Positions 53,681-63,190 of a stretch of 64,000 nucleotides of DNA are shown here, one piece after another. A program made the position numbers and the translations under genes. The DNA lies in contig JAIQZQ010000001.1 in NCBI GenBank assembly GCA_021777105.1, positions 49,067-113,066 of the forward strand, given 5' to 3'. This DNA is from Candidatus Anammoxibacter sp. GTDB lineage: Bacteria > Planctomycetota > Brocadiia > Brocadiales > Anammoxibacteraceae. The notes under the pieces were generated by a model. It was not told where the DNA came from, did no database searches, and saw only the letters and a program-made list of their open reading frames with translations. How positions within the stretch are numbered: position 1 is the stretch's first letter; the number at the start of each line of letters is the position of its first letter.

Positions 53681-53860
53681 GTAACCAAACTCCTGTTTGG
53701 TTACGCAATTGCCCGAGAAACTCCGGTTTCTCGTTTAGCTTGCCGGCATGATACACGAAACTGGAGTTTCTCCCCTCAGGGGATAATTCTCACTAAGGTA
53801 GCCAAGCGGCTAAGTGTTCATTTATCGGGCAATTACGTTCCAAAATCGGAGTTTTGGAAC
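53681..53860. repeat. Composite hairpin cluster / candidate structured RNA between cas6 and the CARF gene
   Basis: Hairpins at 53681-53704, 53714-53733, 53757-53770 and 53837-53860, the 53-nt repeat at 53772-53824, and a long-range pairing of gcaattgcccg (53705-53715) with cgggcaatta (53826-53835). Confidence 0.55.
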
Positions 53861-54152
53861 GAGCCGCGGGATAGAGAGTTAAAATATCTTGTCAAAACTT
53901 TACTTATAATCCCCTAAGACAACATGCTGCTACGTGGCAATAACATACAGTAACTATAACAATTTACTTCAAGTCACAACCACGATCAACGCTAACCATC
54001 CTGCTTAATTTACGCCAAATTATGTGTTTTTTTTACAAAACCTATTGATTATCCGGTTTTATCCTGCTATACTTTTTCACATAATACTTGTATGTACGAA
54101 TAGTTTTATATTGAAATACGAAACCGCATAATCAATAACGGGCAAATTGAAA

Positions 54153-55202
54153 ATGGACAATTTTAATACCCTTGTTTTACTTGTAGGCACAAATCCACTC
54201 CCTAATTTTGTGGTAGCGGAATATTATCTGCAAATTAATCCAAATATTCAATCTATCCGGCTTATCCATTCAGAAGCCAACAGCTTGCAGGCCGGCACGG
54301 CTAAACAAGTTCAAAATTTAGAAGCCTTGCTCCAAAAACGTTGGCGTGATAAACACACAAGTCTACAATTTCCTCTGGACAAAATATCAATATCAGATGT
54401 AAGCAACGCTATGACCATCAGAAGTGAAATTGAGAGGAAATTGGTTAAAAAACTAGACAGTTCATGCAAATTACACCTTAATTATACCGGCGGCACGAAA
54501 GCGATGGCAAACCATGCTTATTTATGTTTTAAGGAGTTGCAGGGCTCAATTTCATGTCAATTTTCATATTTAGACGGCAACAATTTTCGACTGATCGCGG
54601 ATGATTACGGCATCGTTGATAATGATTTGCGGCGAAAAGTAAGGATAGGTTTTGCCGAGTTAATAAAATTACACGGTTTTACGAGATTTAATAAAGATAG
54701 CGCCCCCGATTTTGACAATACCAAAGAGATGTTTCAAAAGTTCATTGAGCCGGCCCCGACGCAACAGCTTAAGGACGGCTACTGGTTGGAGGATTATATA
54801 GCCGCGACTCTCACTGAAAAGTTTAAAGACCTATTAAATAGCAATGAAGGCGCTTTACGAAATTGGAAAATTAAAAAACCTGATTGGGGGACACATTTTG
54901 AATTGGATGTCATGTTGCTGCATGGTTACCAATTTACAGGCATTTCATGCACTATTGGGCATAACAAAGACACATGCAAATCCAAAGGTTTTGAAATAGC
55001 GTTAAGGTCAAGGCAAATAGGCGGAGATAACGCAAAATCTATCCTTATTACAGGTTCAAATAAAACGCAAAACATTAAGTTGCAGGAGGAGCTTGTGATT
55101 GAGACAGGGGAAAGCCTTGGCAATATTTTAGCGCTTGGCGTTGAAGATTTAAGAAATGAGGATTTATATATAACCAAGATTGAAGATTTCATCTTTGGTT
55201 AA
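54153..55202 (+). CDS. CARF-domain protein with a Card1/Can2-like (DUF1887, PD-D/ExK-fold) C-terminal domain whose catalytic motif looks degenerate
   Basis: N-terminus LVLLVGTNPLPNFV and NYTGGTKAM (CARF hallmarks). C-terminus GYWLEDYIAATL...FELDVMLL...FTGISCTIG...K.KGFEIALRSRQIGGDNAKSILI. ATG 54153 is preferred over TTG 54147. Confidence 0.65.
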   Translation: MDNFNTLVLLVGTNPLPNFVVAEYYLQINPNIQSIRLIHSEANSLQAGTAKQVQNLEALLQKRWRDKHTSLQFPLDKISISDVSNAMTIRSEIERKLVKKLDSSCKLHLNYTGGTKAMANHAYLCFKELQGSISCQFSYLDGNNFRLIADDYGIVDNDLRRKVRIGFAELIKLHGFTRFNKDSAPDFDNTKEMFQKFIEPAPTQQLKDGYWLEDYIAATLTEKFKDLLNSNEGALRNWKIKKPDWGTHFELDVMLLHGYQFTGISCTIGHNKDTCKSKGFEIALRSRQIGGDNAKSILITGSNKTQNIKLQEELVIETGESLGNILALGVEDLRNEDLYITKIEDFIFG

Positions 55203-55226
55203 TTTGCATCCACGGGAGAAGGGTTT

Positions 55227-56855
55227 ATGAGCAGTAGAGTTGCCGTTTTACTTGATATAGTGTCTATTCAGGATTTCATCTTTAAATCTAATGAACTTCG
55301 GGTAAACCTTGGAGCTTCATATTTGGTTGAGGAAGTTTACCACAAATATTTAGCCGCCGGGTTAACAAAGATTACCGGCGGGACATTAGAGGATGAGCTT
55401 AAAAACCTGGATTCATGGATGAGCGCGGATAGTCAAAAAGACAATACACCTGGAAAAGTAAATTTCGGCTATATTGGAGGCGGCAATGCGCTCTTGTTCT
55501 TTGAGAATGAAGGATTTGCGCGGGACTTTATTGAAGAGTGGACAAAAATCCTGCTAATAAATGTGCCGGGGCTTACATCGGCAGTTGCTTTTGGCCCATT
55601 ATCGGAAAATGATCCTGAATTCAGAACAAATCTAAATCTGATTGTTGAACAACTTCAAACAAACAAGTCTGAACATATACCCGTCACATTATTGCCGAGA
55701 CACGGCATTACAACTGAATGCCGCAGTAGCGGCGCATCCGCCGAGGTTTATAATTCAAAGTCAAATAGTTATGTTTCCGCCGGCGCAAATGCCAAAATCA
55801 ACGCCGCAGACAGCTCAAAAGAGAAATTAAAAAATTTATATCACGAGCTGTTCGGCAATAAACAATACACTTTTACCAATGAGCTGGACAAGCTTGGCGG
55901 CATCAGCGGCGAAGATAGCCACATAGCGATAGTCCACATTGACGGCAATGACGTTGGCGAACGGTTTAATAGCTCAAAAAGCTTAGACGATATTGAAAAA
56001 TTATCAAAATTTATGAGGCTGGCAACTGAGCGCGCCTTTAAGGAAGTTATTCGGATGGCCGTAAAGAATTATGATGATATCATGCCGTCGTTAGGCTTTG
56101 ATCGTGATTCCGCTGATCCTCAACGTAAATATCCTGTAGATAAAGATAACAACTATATCCTGCCCATTCGTCCAATAATTCTGGGAGGCGATGACGTCAC
56201 TTTTGTCTGCGACGGCAAACTGGGCATTTTCTTTGCAAAAATATTTATTGAAGCATATGAAAGCATGAGGACGGACAATATTGAAAAGTTGACCGCATGC
56301 GCGGGCATTGCAATCATTAAGACAAAATATCCATTTTATCGCGGAGTTTCCCTGGCTAACGAGTTGTGCCGCAACGCAAAACTGGAGCGTAAGGATCCTG
56401 ACAAAGGCGACCTTAATGCATCATACCTTGACTTCCAAATCTCATTTGGCGGCATTGCTGGAGGGTTGCATGAACTAAGAGCCTCCTTTAAAGCGCCCAG
56501 GGGTTATTTGTTATACAGGCCTTTTCGAATTACGCCAAAAGAGCCTTTTGATGAATACAGCCTTGATATGTTCATTGAAAAAGCCCGCAAGCTTAAATAT
56601 ATCGACAAAGACAATGCAAATTTGCCGAACAACAGGATAAATGAGTTAAATGAAGTATTAACCCTTTCAGAAGAAGCCGGGCTTAAATTTGTCCGGCATG
56701 AGAAATCGCGCAACAGAAAGTTGCCTGATATTAACGGGCATCAATATGAAGAGGCCCTTTTTGAAAACGGTTTAACCCCTTATCATGACATGATAGAAAT
56801 ACTGCGCTTTTATCCCGATTTTGCGCTGTGGGATGAATATGGAGAAAAACAGTGA
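55227..56855 (+). CDS. cas10: Cas10-like polymerase/cyclase subunit without an HD domain, 542 aa
   Basis: Begins directly with the Palm-type segment VAVLLDIVSIQDFIFKSNELRVNLGASYL. GGDD motif is intact (ILGGDDVTF, nt 56185-56196). No H-D dyad N-terminal extension. Confidence 0.75.
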   Translation: MSSRVAVLLDIVSIQDFIFKSNELRVNLGASYLVEEVYHKYLAAGLTKITGGTLEDELKNLDSWMSADSQKDNTPGKVNFGYIGGGNALLFFENEGFARDFIEEWTKILLINVPGLTSAVAFGPLSENDPEFRTNLNLIVEQLQTNKSEHIPVTLLPRHGITTECRSSGASAEVYNSKSNSYVSAGANAKINAADSSKEKLKNLYHELFGNKQYTFTNELDKLGGISGEDSHIAIVHIDGNDVGERFNSSKSLDDIEKLSKFMRLATERAFKEVIRMAVKNYDDIMPSLGFDRDSADPQRKYPVDKDNNYILPIRPIILGGDDVTFVCDGKLGIFFAKIFIEAYESMRTDNIEKLTACAGIAIIKTKYPFYRGVSLANELCRNAKLERKDPDKGDLNASYLDFQISFGGIAGGLHELRASFKAPRGYLLYRPFRITPKEPFDEYSLDMFIEKARKLKYIDKDNANLPNNRINELNEVLTLSEEAGLKFVRHEKSRNRKLPDINGHQYEEALFENGLTPYHDMIEILRFYPDFALWDEYGEKQ

Positions 56856-57508
56856 ATGAGTATAAATTACAATTAAAAATATTGACCCCCGCATTGATCG
56901 GATCAGGCGTAGGGTATGGTTCAAACATTGACACTGATATTGTTTTTGACGATGCAGGCGTCCCGTTTGTTCCCGCAAAGAGGATAAAAGGCTGCCTGCT
57001 CGACGCCGCCAACGAAGCGGATAATATGCTCACAACCGCCGGCATTGCATCCGGCCTGGTTTCTATTAAAAAGGCATTTGGCGAGCCGGGCGCAAAGGTA
57101 GAAGCCCCCCTCTATTTCTCAAACCTCTATATTGAGGATTATTGCCGTAACAGCGCCTGGATAAACTACTTCTTAAAATCAAAAGAATACAATCTAATAA
57201 CCCAGCAACGTATTTTAAAGACCTTTACGGAAATACGTCAACAAACAAAAATTGATTCAGGCGGCGTAGCCCTTGACCATTCATTGCGAACAAGCCGCGT
57301 TCTCAGAAAAGGCGCGACTTTCCAGGGAGTTGTCAGGATAACAGATGACAATGAACAGATAATCGACACCCTTCTGCTTGCCTGCCTTAACTTTCGGCGG
57401 TTCGGAACCTGCCGCAATCGCGGTTTTGGCGAAGTAAGCTGCTCACTTTTACACAATGGAACAGAGCTGTCTGTTTGCAAGAAACTGGAGGCGTTATGCA
57501 AAGATTAA
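56852..57508 (+). CDS. RAMP protein, Cas7 (Csm3/Cmr4-like)
   Basis: LKILTPALIGSGVGYGSNIDTDIV..DAGVPFVPAKRIKGCL and C-terminal FGTCRNRGFGEV. The GTG start overlaps the cas10 stop. Confidence 0.65.
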   Translation: MNEYKLQLKILTPALIGSGVGYGSNIDTDIVFDDAGVPFVPAKRIKGCLLDAANEADNMLTTAGIASGLVSIKKAFGEPGAKVEAPLYFSNLYIEDYCRNSAWINYFLKSKEYNLITQQRILKTFTEIRQQTKIDSGGVALDHSLRTSRVLRKGATFQGVVRITDDNEQIIDTLLLACLNFRRFGTCRNRGFGEVSCSLLHNGTELSVCKKLEALCKD

Positions 57509-59115
57509 AATATAGAGTTAAAGCTTGCTCGCCTTTAATTATCTCCAAAATTTCCGGCGATATGAATATGATAAGCACTGAGCAACACATACCCGGCACG
57601 GCAGTCCTGGGCCTGTTGGCCGGCAGATTCCTCCAAATGGAGAAAGGCCGCATCAATCCCAAACTTGCGCATGAAGATAACGATTTCTTCAACCTTTTCC
57701 TTAACGGCGGTCTTAAAGTTTGCAACGCTTATATTATCTCGCAAGATGAGTACGGCGAATACGGCTATTATCCTACCCCTTTTTCCATTGAGAAGGACAA
57801 ATATGGTATAGACACATATGACCGTTTATGGCGACGCGGGAACATTGGCGAATCCACTGAATATGTTGGCGACTTTTGCAGATTTGATGATGATACGGTG
57901 TGGACTAAAACGACACAAACCAATATTAACTTTCACCATGCCAGAGACGCCGAAACCGGCGCGCCCAAAATGTCGGGCCAAAAAGGCGTGATTTTTAATT
58001 ACGAGTCAATTAACAGCAATCAGATATTTGAAGGCGAATTGATCGGCAAAGAGCGCGATCTTAAAAGATTGACCCAGATTTGCGGCATGCAATGGCCCGC
58101 ATTTGTTGGCCGATCACGAAATGCCCAGTATGGCGCGGTAGAGTTCAGCATTATTAATGAAGCGCCTGAGATTGTTCACAACCGGATAGAGTTCGCAAAT
58201 GAAGATGAAAAGAAAGAGGAAGGTTCCGCAACTATAATATCAATGACATTAACCTCAAACATGATCCTATATAATGAGTTTGGTTATGCGGTTGTAGACG
58301 TTGTGGAGTTGAAAAAAGAGCTTAATAAACATCTTGGCAAAGTAAACATTCAAAATGCCTTTGTGAAGAAAACCGAAGTTGAGAACTTTGTCGGCATATG
58401 GCAGCTTAAAAAGCCTTCAGAGACAAGCTTTGCCGCCGGCTCAACATTTTTGCTGAATATTGAACAGCCTGATATTGCCCGCCTTGAGGAGCTAACGCAA
58501 AACGGCATCGGCGAGCGAACCCATGAAGGGTTTGGACGTTGCCTATTCGGCATTCAAAACCCGCCAATTGACATTAAAAAGCAGCCAACCATCTCTCTCA
58601 GAAATGAAGCGGATGATGAAGTTGTTCGCAAGCGCTCAAAACCAAAATATCCAATCCCTGAAATAGCCAAAAACTCAATTACCGAAATTGTCAAAGAGAT
58701 AATAACTGAAAAAATTGAGTTAAAAGCAATAAACGACCAGGACAACTTTGACAACCTGCCTTCAAGAGCGCTTATATCAAGATTAAATACTATTTCTAAT
58801 ATCGTTGAAAATGAGAAACAACTTGCAGAGCAAGTTCAAAATTTTCGTCAAATAGCATTAGACCAACTTGATGGGTGCGCTTGCCGGGACTATACTCTGC
58901 GCGAATTCCTGACTAAGCATAAACCTGTTAATTGGGATGATTTTTTTCGAGCGCCGCAAAATGCCAAAATCAAATCGCTTTGTGAAGAGATTGGATTTAA
59001 CCCCAAAAATGACAATGTTTTTAAACTTGACATAACAAAACGCTATTTCAGCGCCTTTTTTTCAATGATGCGCAAACAAACCATAGCGGAAAGCGAGGGT
59101 AGCCATGACAAATAA
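57496..59115 (+). CDS. RAMP protein, Cas5-group (Csx10-like) with a long helical C-terminal extension (possible Cas11-like small-subunit fusion)
   Basis: YRVKACSPLIISK...IPGTAVLGLLAG and glycine-rich loop GIGERTHEGFGRCLFG, followed by about 190 aa with no RAMP motif. ATG 57496 with a ggagg RBS. Overlaps the upstream stop. Confidence 0.55.
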   Translation: MQRLKYRVKACSPLIISKISGDMNMISTEQHIPGTAVLGLLAGRFLQMEKGRINPKLAHEDNDFFNLFLNGGLKVCNAYIISQDEYGEYGYYPTPFSIEKDKYGIDTYDRLWRRGNIGESTEYVGDFCRFDDDTVWTKTTQTNINFHHARDAETGAPKMSGQKGVIFNYESINSNQIFEGELIGKERDLKRLTQICGMQWPAFVGRSRNAQYGAVEFSIINEAPEIVHNRIEFANEDEKKEEGSATIISMTLTSNMILYNEFGYAVVDVVELKKELNKHLGKVNIQNAFVKKTEVENFVGIWQLKKPSETSFAAGSTFLLNIEQPDIARLEELTQNGIGERTHEGFGRCLFGIQNPPIDIKKQPTISLRNEADDEVVRKRSKPKYPIPEIAKNSITEIVKEIITEKIELKAINDQDNFDNLPSRALISRLNTISNIVENEKQLAEQVQNFRQIALDQLDGCACRDYTLREFLTKHKPVNWDDFFRAPQNAKIKSLCEEIGFNPKNDNVFKLDITKRYFSAFFSMMRKQTIAESEGSHDK

Positions 59116-60466
59116 TACGATTAAAGGCAAGGTTTTGATTGTCGGCCAAATAGAGTGTTTATCGCCGTTGCATATAGGCAGCGGCAAAAGCTCCTGCAGC
59201 GATATGGATATTGCCCTGGATTCCGCCGGGTCGCCGGTTATCCCGGCAACTGGTTTTGTGGGCATTCTGCGCCATGCTTTTCAAGACAACTTTCCGCAAG
59301 AGTTTATATCCGATAAACGTTTCAACAATTTCTGGGGTTATACGCTTGAAAGCGACGGCCGCCAAAGCGCGTTATGCTGTTCAGACCTATCATTTGTAGA
59401 TGATGAACCGCAAAAGATCATTATCAGGGACGGAATTCGCATTAACAATGAAAACGGCATTGTTAAACCGGGCGGCAAGTTTGATTACGAATTGCTTGAA
59501 AGAGGAAGCAAATTTAAGTTTAAAATGGAATTTACATTACGGGAAGATGATGAAGACTTTGTCACAAACACAGCGAGCGCTATTTATGAACTGTTACGCA
59601 AACAACAGATCCGGCTGGGCGCAAAAACAAATAACGGCTTAGGCAAGGTCAAACTGATTGAAAACGAAACTAAACTGTATAGCTTTGATTTCACCGATAA
59701 GTTAGACGTCCTTAAATGGCTAACTCAAAATATTGAGCACAAAAAGCCCACTGCAATTGAATCCCTTTCTAATATTTTCAGTGTGAGCAAGCGCCGTTTC
59801 TGCGTTGATTTAACAATAAAGCTCATGAATTCATTGATTGTTAAATCAGCTAATAATGACCCCGCCCTCCCTGATGACACTCAGCTAAAATCAGGAGACG
59901 ATTGGATCATACCCGGCAGCAGCCTAAAAGGCGCAATCCGCGCCAGGGCGGAAAAGATTGTCAACACGCTTGAACTGCGTAATAAGGAAGATTTAATCAC
60001 AACCTTATTCGGAAACGTAGATGACACAAAACCATCTACAAAAGCAATAAAAGGCAAGATGCGTATAGAAGAGGCAACCATGAACTGTGTTGATTTCCCG
60101 TCTGAGTTGCAGGCCCGAACTAAAATTGACCGCTTCACAGGCGGTGTCATTACCGGCGGCTTGTTCGACAGCATGCCGATTTTTAACGCATCAAGCGATA
60201 AGACGATTGCCGTGCGCATTGAAATAGAAGATTATCATCGTAATGAAGCAGGCTTGTTATTGCTGGTTATAAAGGATCTATGGACAGGCGACCTCGCTGT
60301 TGGCGGGGAAAAGAATATCGGCAGAGGCGCTTTTGAAGGCCGGCTGGCGGAAATTACCTGGGAAGATAGAAGAGTTACGCTCGAAAGCGACCTTTCAACA
60401 CTCTCCGAACCGGATAAGAAGGATTTGCAATCTTTTATTGAAGCTTTAAACAAGGAGCGCCCATAA
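59105..60466 (+). CDS. Double-RAMP protein (two fused Cas7-like domains)
   Basis: Domain 1: ECLSPLHIGSG...SPVIPATGFVGILRHAF...GAKTNNGLGKV. Domain 2: IIPGSSLKGAIRARAE...DRFTGGVITGGLFD...GGEKNIGRGAFEG. Confidence 0.7.
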   Translation: MTNNTIKGKVLIVGQIECLSPLHIGSGKSSCSDMDIALDSAGSPVIPATGFVGILRHAFQDNFPQEFISDKRFNNFWGYTLESDGRQSALCCSDLSFVDDEPQKIIIRDGIRINNENGIVKPGGKFDYELLERGSKFKFKMEFTLREDDEDFVTNTASAIYELLRKQQIRLGAKTNNGLGKVKLIENETKLYSFDFTDKLDVLKWLTQNIEHKKPTAIESLSNIFSVSKRRFCVDLTIKLMNSLIVKSANNDPALPDDTQLKSGDDWIIPGSSLKGAIRARAEKIVNTLELRNKEDLITTLFGNVDDTKPSTKAIKGKMRIEEATMNCVDFPSELQARTKIDRFTGGVITGGLFDSMPIFNASSDKTIAVRIEIEDYHRNEAGLLLLVIKDLWTGDLAVGGEKNIGRGAFEGRLAEITWEDRRVTLESDLSTLSEPDKKDLQSFIEALNKERP

Positions 60467-61071
60467 TGGATGATAAATTTAAACATAAAGCCAACAATCT
60501 AAAGTTAATAAACCTCGGATCTAGCTCTGTTCAATATAGCGGGCTTGACAACGACAAACTGGAGCCGCTTTTAAAGGAACTCTTTGTTGACAACTCATAT
60601 GTAGTTGCATGGCTGGATTATAAAGTACTGATTGGAACTTGCTCAAAAGGCTCCCTCCGCTTTTGTGACGGCGAGACCTTTGATTACAAACATATTCAAC
60701 GGTTAAGGGTTTTTAACCGTCAAAAAGAGCTTTTACTATGGCGAAACAACGGCAAATGGAACGCCCGGGCGCGAAATGACGACCTCGCCGGAAAAGGCGC
60801 AACAGCAGTTGTTGCCGAACAGGTTGTTGTAGGCACGGATGCAAGGCCCATTAACGGAATGTTTACTGAAATAAGCGAAAAACGAGGCGCAAAACTAAAC
60901 ATACCGTTCACAAACATCAAAGTTGATGATAAACAACGGCTACTAGAAAGGGTTTTTATAAAAACACATAACTATGTCAAAACCAATACCGTTCACCAGG
61001 CAAGTTATTTCGATTGTAGATTCGTTGAGTTTACAGCCGGCGAAAATACCTTATCGCAGGAGAATTACTAA
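60466..61071 (+). CDS. Csx19-like type III-D accessory subunit (tentative)
   Basis: ~200-aa non-RAMP protein in the position Csx19 occupies in type III-D operons as I recall them. TAATG coupling on both sides. No motif verified. Confidence 0.45.
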   Translation: MDDKFKHKANNLKLINLGSSSVQYSGLDNDKLEPLLKELFVDNSYVVAWLDYKVLIGTCSKGSLRFCDGETFDYKHIQRLRVFNRQKELLLWRNNGKWNARARNDDLAGKGATAVVAEQVVVGTDARPINGMFTEISEKRGAKLNIPFTNIKVDDKQRLLERVFIKTHNYVKTNTVHQASYFDCRFVEFTAGENTLSQENY

Positions 61072-63101
61072 TGGAAAAAGCAAAACTTATTATAGCCCTA
61101 ACAAAGAAGAAGAAATTTATTGCGCAAATTCAGTTCAATGACGGCAAGACAATGCCATTGCCTCAACTCACCATTAAAAATGATTCATTAAACAATAAAG
61201 AAGTGGATGTCGAACGCAAAAATGGACAAATTGTTGAGGTAAAAGCGGAAGGCGAAATAATATATCAAGCTAAAACAGAGCAAAAACCAACTGCTTCGAC
61301 CCCGGTTTCTCAGAATCAAAGTTATAAAGATGCGCCACTCCAAAACGAACATTTGTCAAAAGTAGCTAATCCCGCTTATGCCCCATATAACTTCGTCCCC
61401 TTGAATGATCAGGTAGTGGAGACCTCACACCCGCCGGATTTTAATAAATACCATCCTGAAAAGAACACGGGTTGGATTGACCTTGAGATAGAGACGTTAA
61501 CCCCGGTCTATATTCGTGGAACGCTAACTGAAGATGAAGTTAGAGAAAATGAAGATATTAAATACAAACCCGGTTTTTTCGCCCCTGCCGGCAAGATTAG
61601 AATACCCGGCAGCTCCCTGCGGGGCATGACGCGTAACATAGTTGAAATTGTTAGTTACGGCAAATTTGAATTTTACGATGATAAGAGGTTGTATTACCGT
61701 GGCTTGGCGGATATAAGTAATTTACGTGGGGAGTATCAACGCAAAATGAGTTCCTATGACGGGCGAGATAAGAAAACCCAATACAAATTTTTCGCCGGAG
61801 CGCTTCAAAAAAGCCAATCAAAGACGAGAGGAATGCATTTCGAGATCGTTTCATCCGGCAATAATTATAAACAAATTAAAAAATCCGAATCACAAGCTCT
61901 CGTAAAAGGCTTGGGGAAAAAGTACAGCGAATTTAATTATTACGAATTAGTAGATGAGGGCTATATTGTTGTGTCAGGAAACATGCAAAACAAAAAGCGT
62001 GACTGGCTTATTTGCTACCCGCCGGATAACGCTGAAGTTATACCTATTCCAGACGAAGATATTAAAGACTACAATAACGACAACACGCGTAGCGAAGATG
62101 CGCCTAACCTGCTGGATTTGGCGAAAGAAGGCAAAAAAGTTCCATGCTTTTTTGTCCGCCGTAAAGATGCCAATACCGGAGAGGACAGGATATCTTTCGG
62201 GCATACCGGCATGTTTCGCCTGGCTTATGAAAAAGATATCGGCAAACACGTCCCTGACAATTTAAAAGACAGCGATAAAACAGACTTTGCCAATGCTATC
62301 TTTGGCAGCTCTAAAACGCACGACGACAAAGCATTTGCGGGCCGCGTCTTTTTTGAAGACGCCTTTTTAATTGATCCGCAAACCAACCCACAACTTGAGC
62401 CTCAAGTCCCCCATATTTTATCAGGGCCCAAACCCACAACTTTCCAGCACTACCTGGTTCAAAAAAACGAGAATGTAAAACAACTAAATCATTATAATAG
62501 CAACTCCGCAATTCGTGGATATAAAACATACTGGCATAAATCAGCCGATGATGAACGATGGGTTCAGCATGATAAAAGCGCAATAGAAAAAGCGACAACA
62601 CAATACATTAACGAAGGAATCAGACCGGTTAAGAAAGGCGCAAAATTTCGAGGCCAAATTCGCTTTGAAAATCTTTCAAATGAAGAACTGGGGGCTTTGC
62701 TCTTTGCCCTTGAATTGCCTGAAGGTTGCGGCCACAAACTAGGCATGGCTAAACCCCTTGGCCTTGGCTCTGCCCGCATTACGCCAAAACTAAAACTTTC
62801 CAACAGAAAAGAGCGTTATAAGGATCTGTTTGCAGAGTGGAACAATGATATCTCCCCGTCAAACGACGAAGAAATGCTTAAAATAAAAACCGATTTTGAA
62901 AGATATGTTCTACAACAACTTGAAGAAACTTCAAAAAACAGCATCTGGGAAACAGCGCGTTTAAATGAATTGTTGACACTGTTAAATGTGGAAACGGGAA
63001 AAAGCCTTGAATCCAAAGGCACAACAAGATACATGACAATTGATCAAAAAGAATTTAAAGATCGCCATGTTCTGCCATTACCGTCGTCATTGGCGGAATA
63101 A
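61071..63101 (+). CDS. Large RAMP protein of the TIGR03986 / Cas7-with-insertion type
   Basis: APYNFVPLND, LTPVYIRG, IRIPGSSLRGMTRNIVE and C-terminal GHKLGMAKPLGLGSARI, with a long insertion between the RAMP core motifs. Confidence 0.7.
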   Translation: MEKAKLIIALTKKKKFIAQIQFNDGKTMPLPQLTIKNDSLNNKEVDVERKNGQIVEVKAEGEIIYQAKTEQKPTASTPVSQNQSYKDAPLQNEHLSKVANPAYAPYNFVPLNDQVVETSHPPDFNKYHPEKNTGWIDLEIETLTPVYIRGTLTEDEVRENEDIKYKPGFFAPAGKIRIPGSSLRGMTRNIVEIVSYGKFEFYDDKRLYYRGLADISNLRGEYQRKMSSYDGRDKKTQYKFFAGALQKSQSKTRGMHFEIVSSGNNYKQIKKSESQALVKGLGKKYSEFNYYELVDEGYIVVSGNMQNKKRDWLICYPPDNAEVIPIPDEDIKDYNNDNTRSEDAPNLLDLAKEGKKVPCFFVRRKDANTGEDRISFGHTGMFRLAYEKDIGKHVPDNLKDSDKTDFANAIFGSSKTHDDKAFAGRVFFEDAFLIDPQTNPQLEPQVPHILSGPKPTTFQHYLVQKNENVKQLNHYNSNSAIRGYKTYWHKSADDERWVQHDKSAIEKATTQYINEGIRPVKKGAKFRGQIRFENLSNEELGALLFALELPEGCGHKLGMAKPLGLGSARITPKLKLSNRKERYKDLFAEWNNDISPSNDEEMLKIKTDFERYVLQQLEETSKNSIWETARLNELLTLLNVETGKSLESKGTTRYMTIDQKEFKDRHVLPLPSSLAE

Positions 63102-63120
63102 TGGGTGATGTATTGTAATT

Positions 63121-63188
63121 AATATATACCGTTTGTTTCCCCGCCCTTGATGGGGGGAGTCAGGGGGGGTGATAAGAATCGCTCAATT
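63121..63188 (+). repeat. G/C-tract repeat family, copy 4
   Basis: aatatataccgtttgtttccccgcccttgatggggggagtcagggggggtgataagaatcgctcaatt is about 88% identical to the reverse complement of 45340-45408. Confidence 0.65.
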
Positions 63189-63190
63189 CC

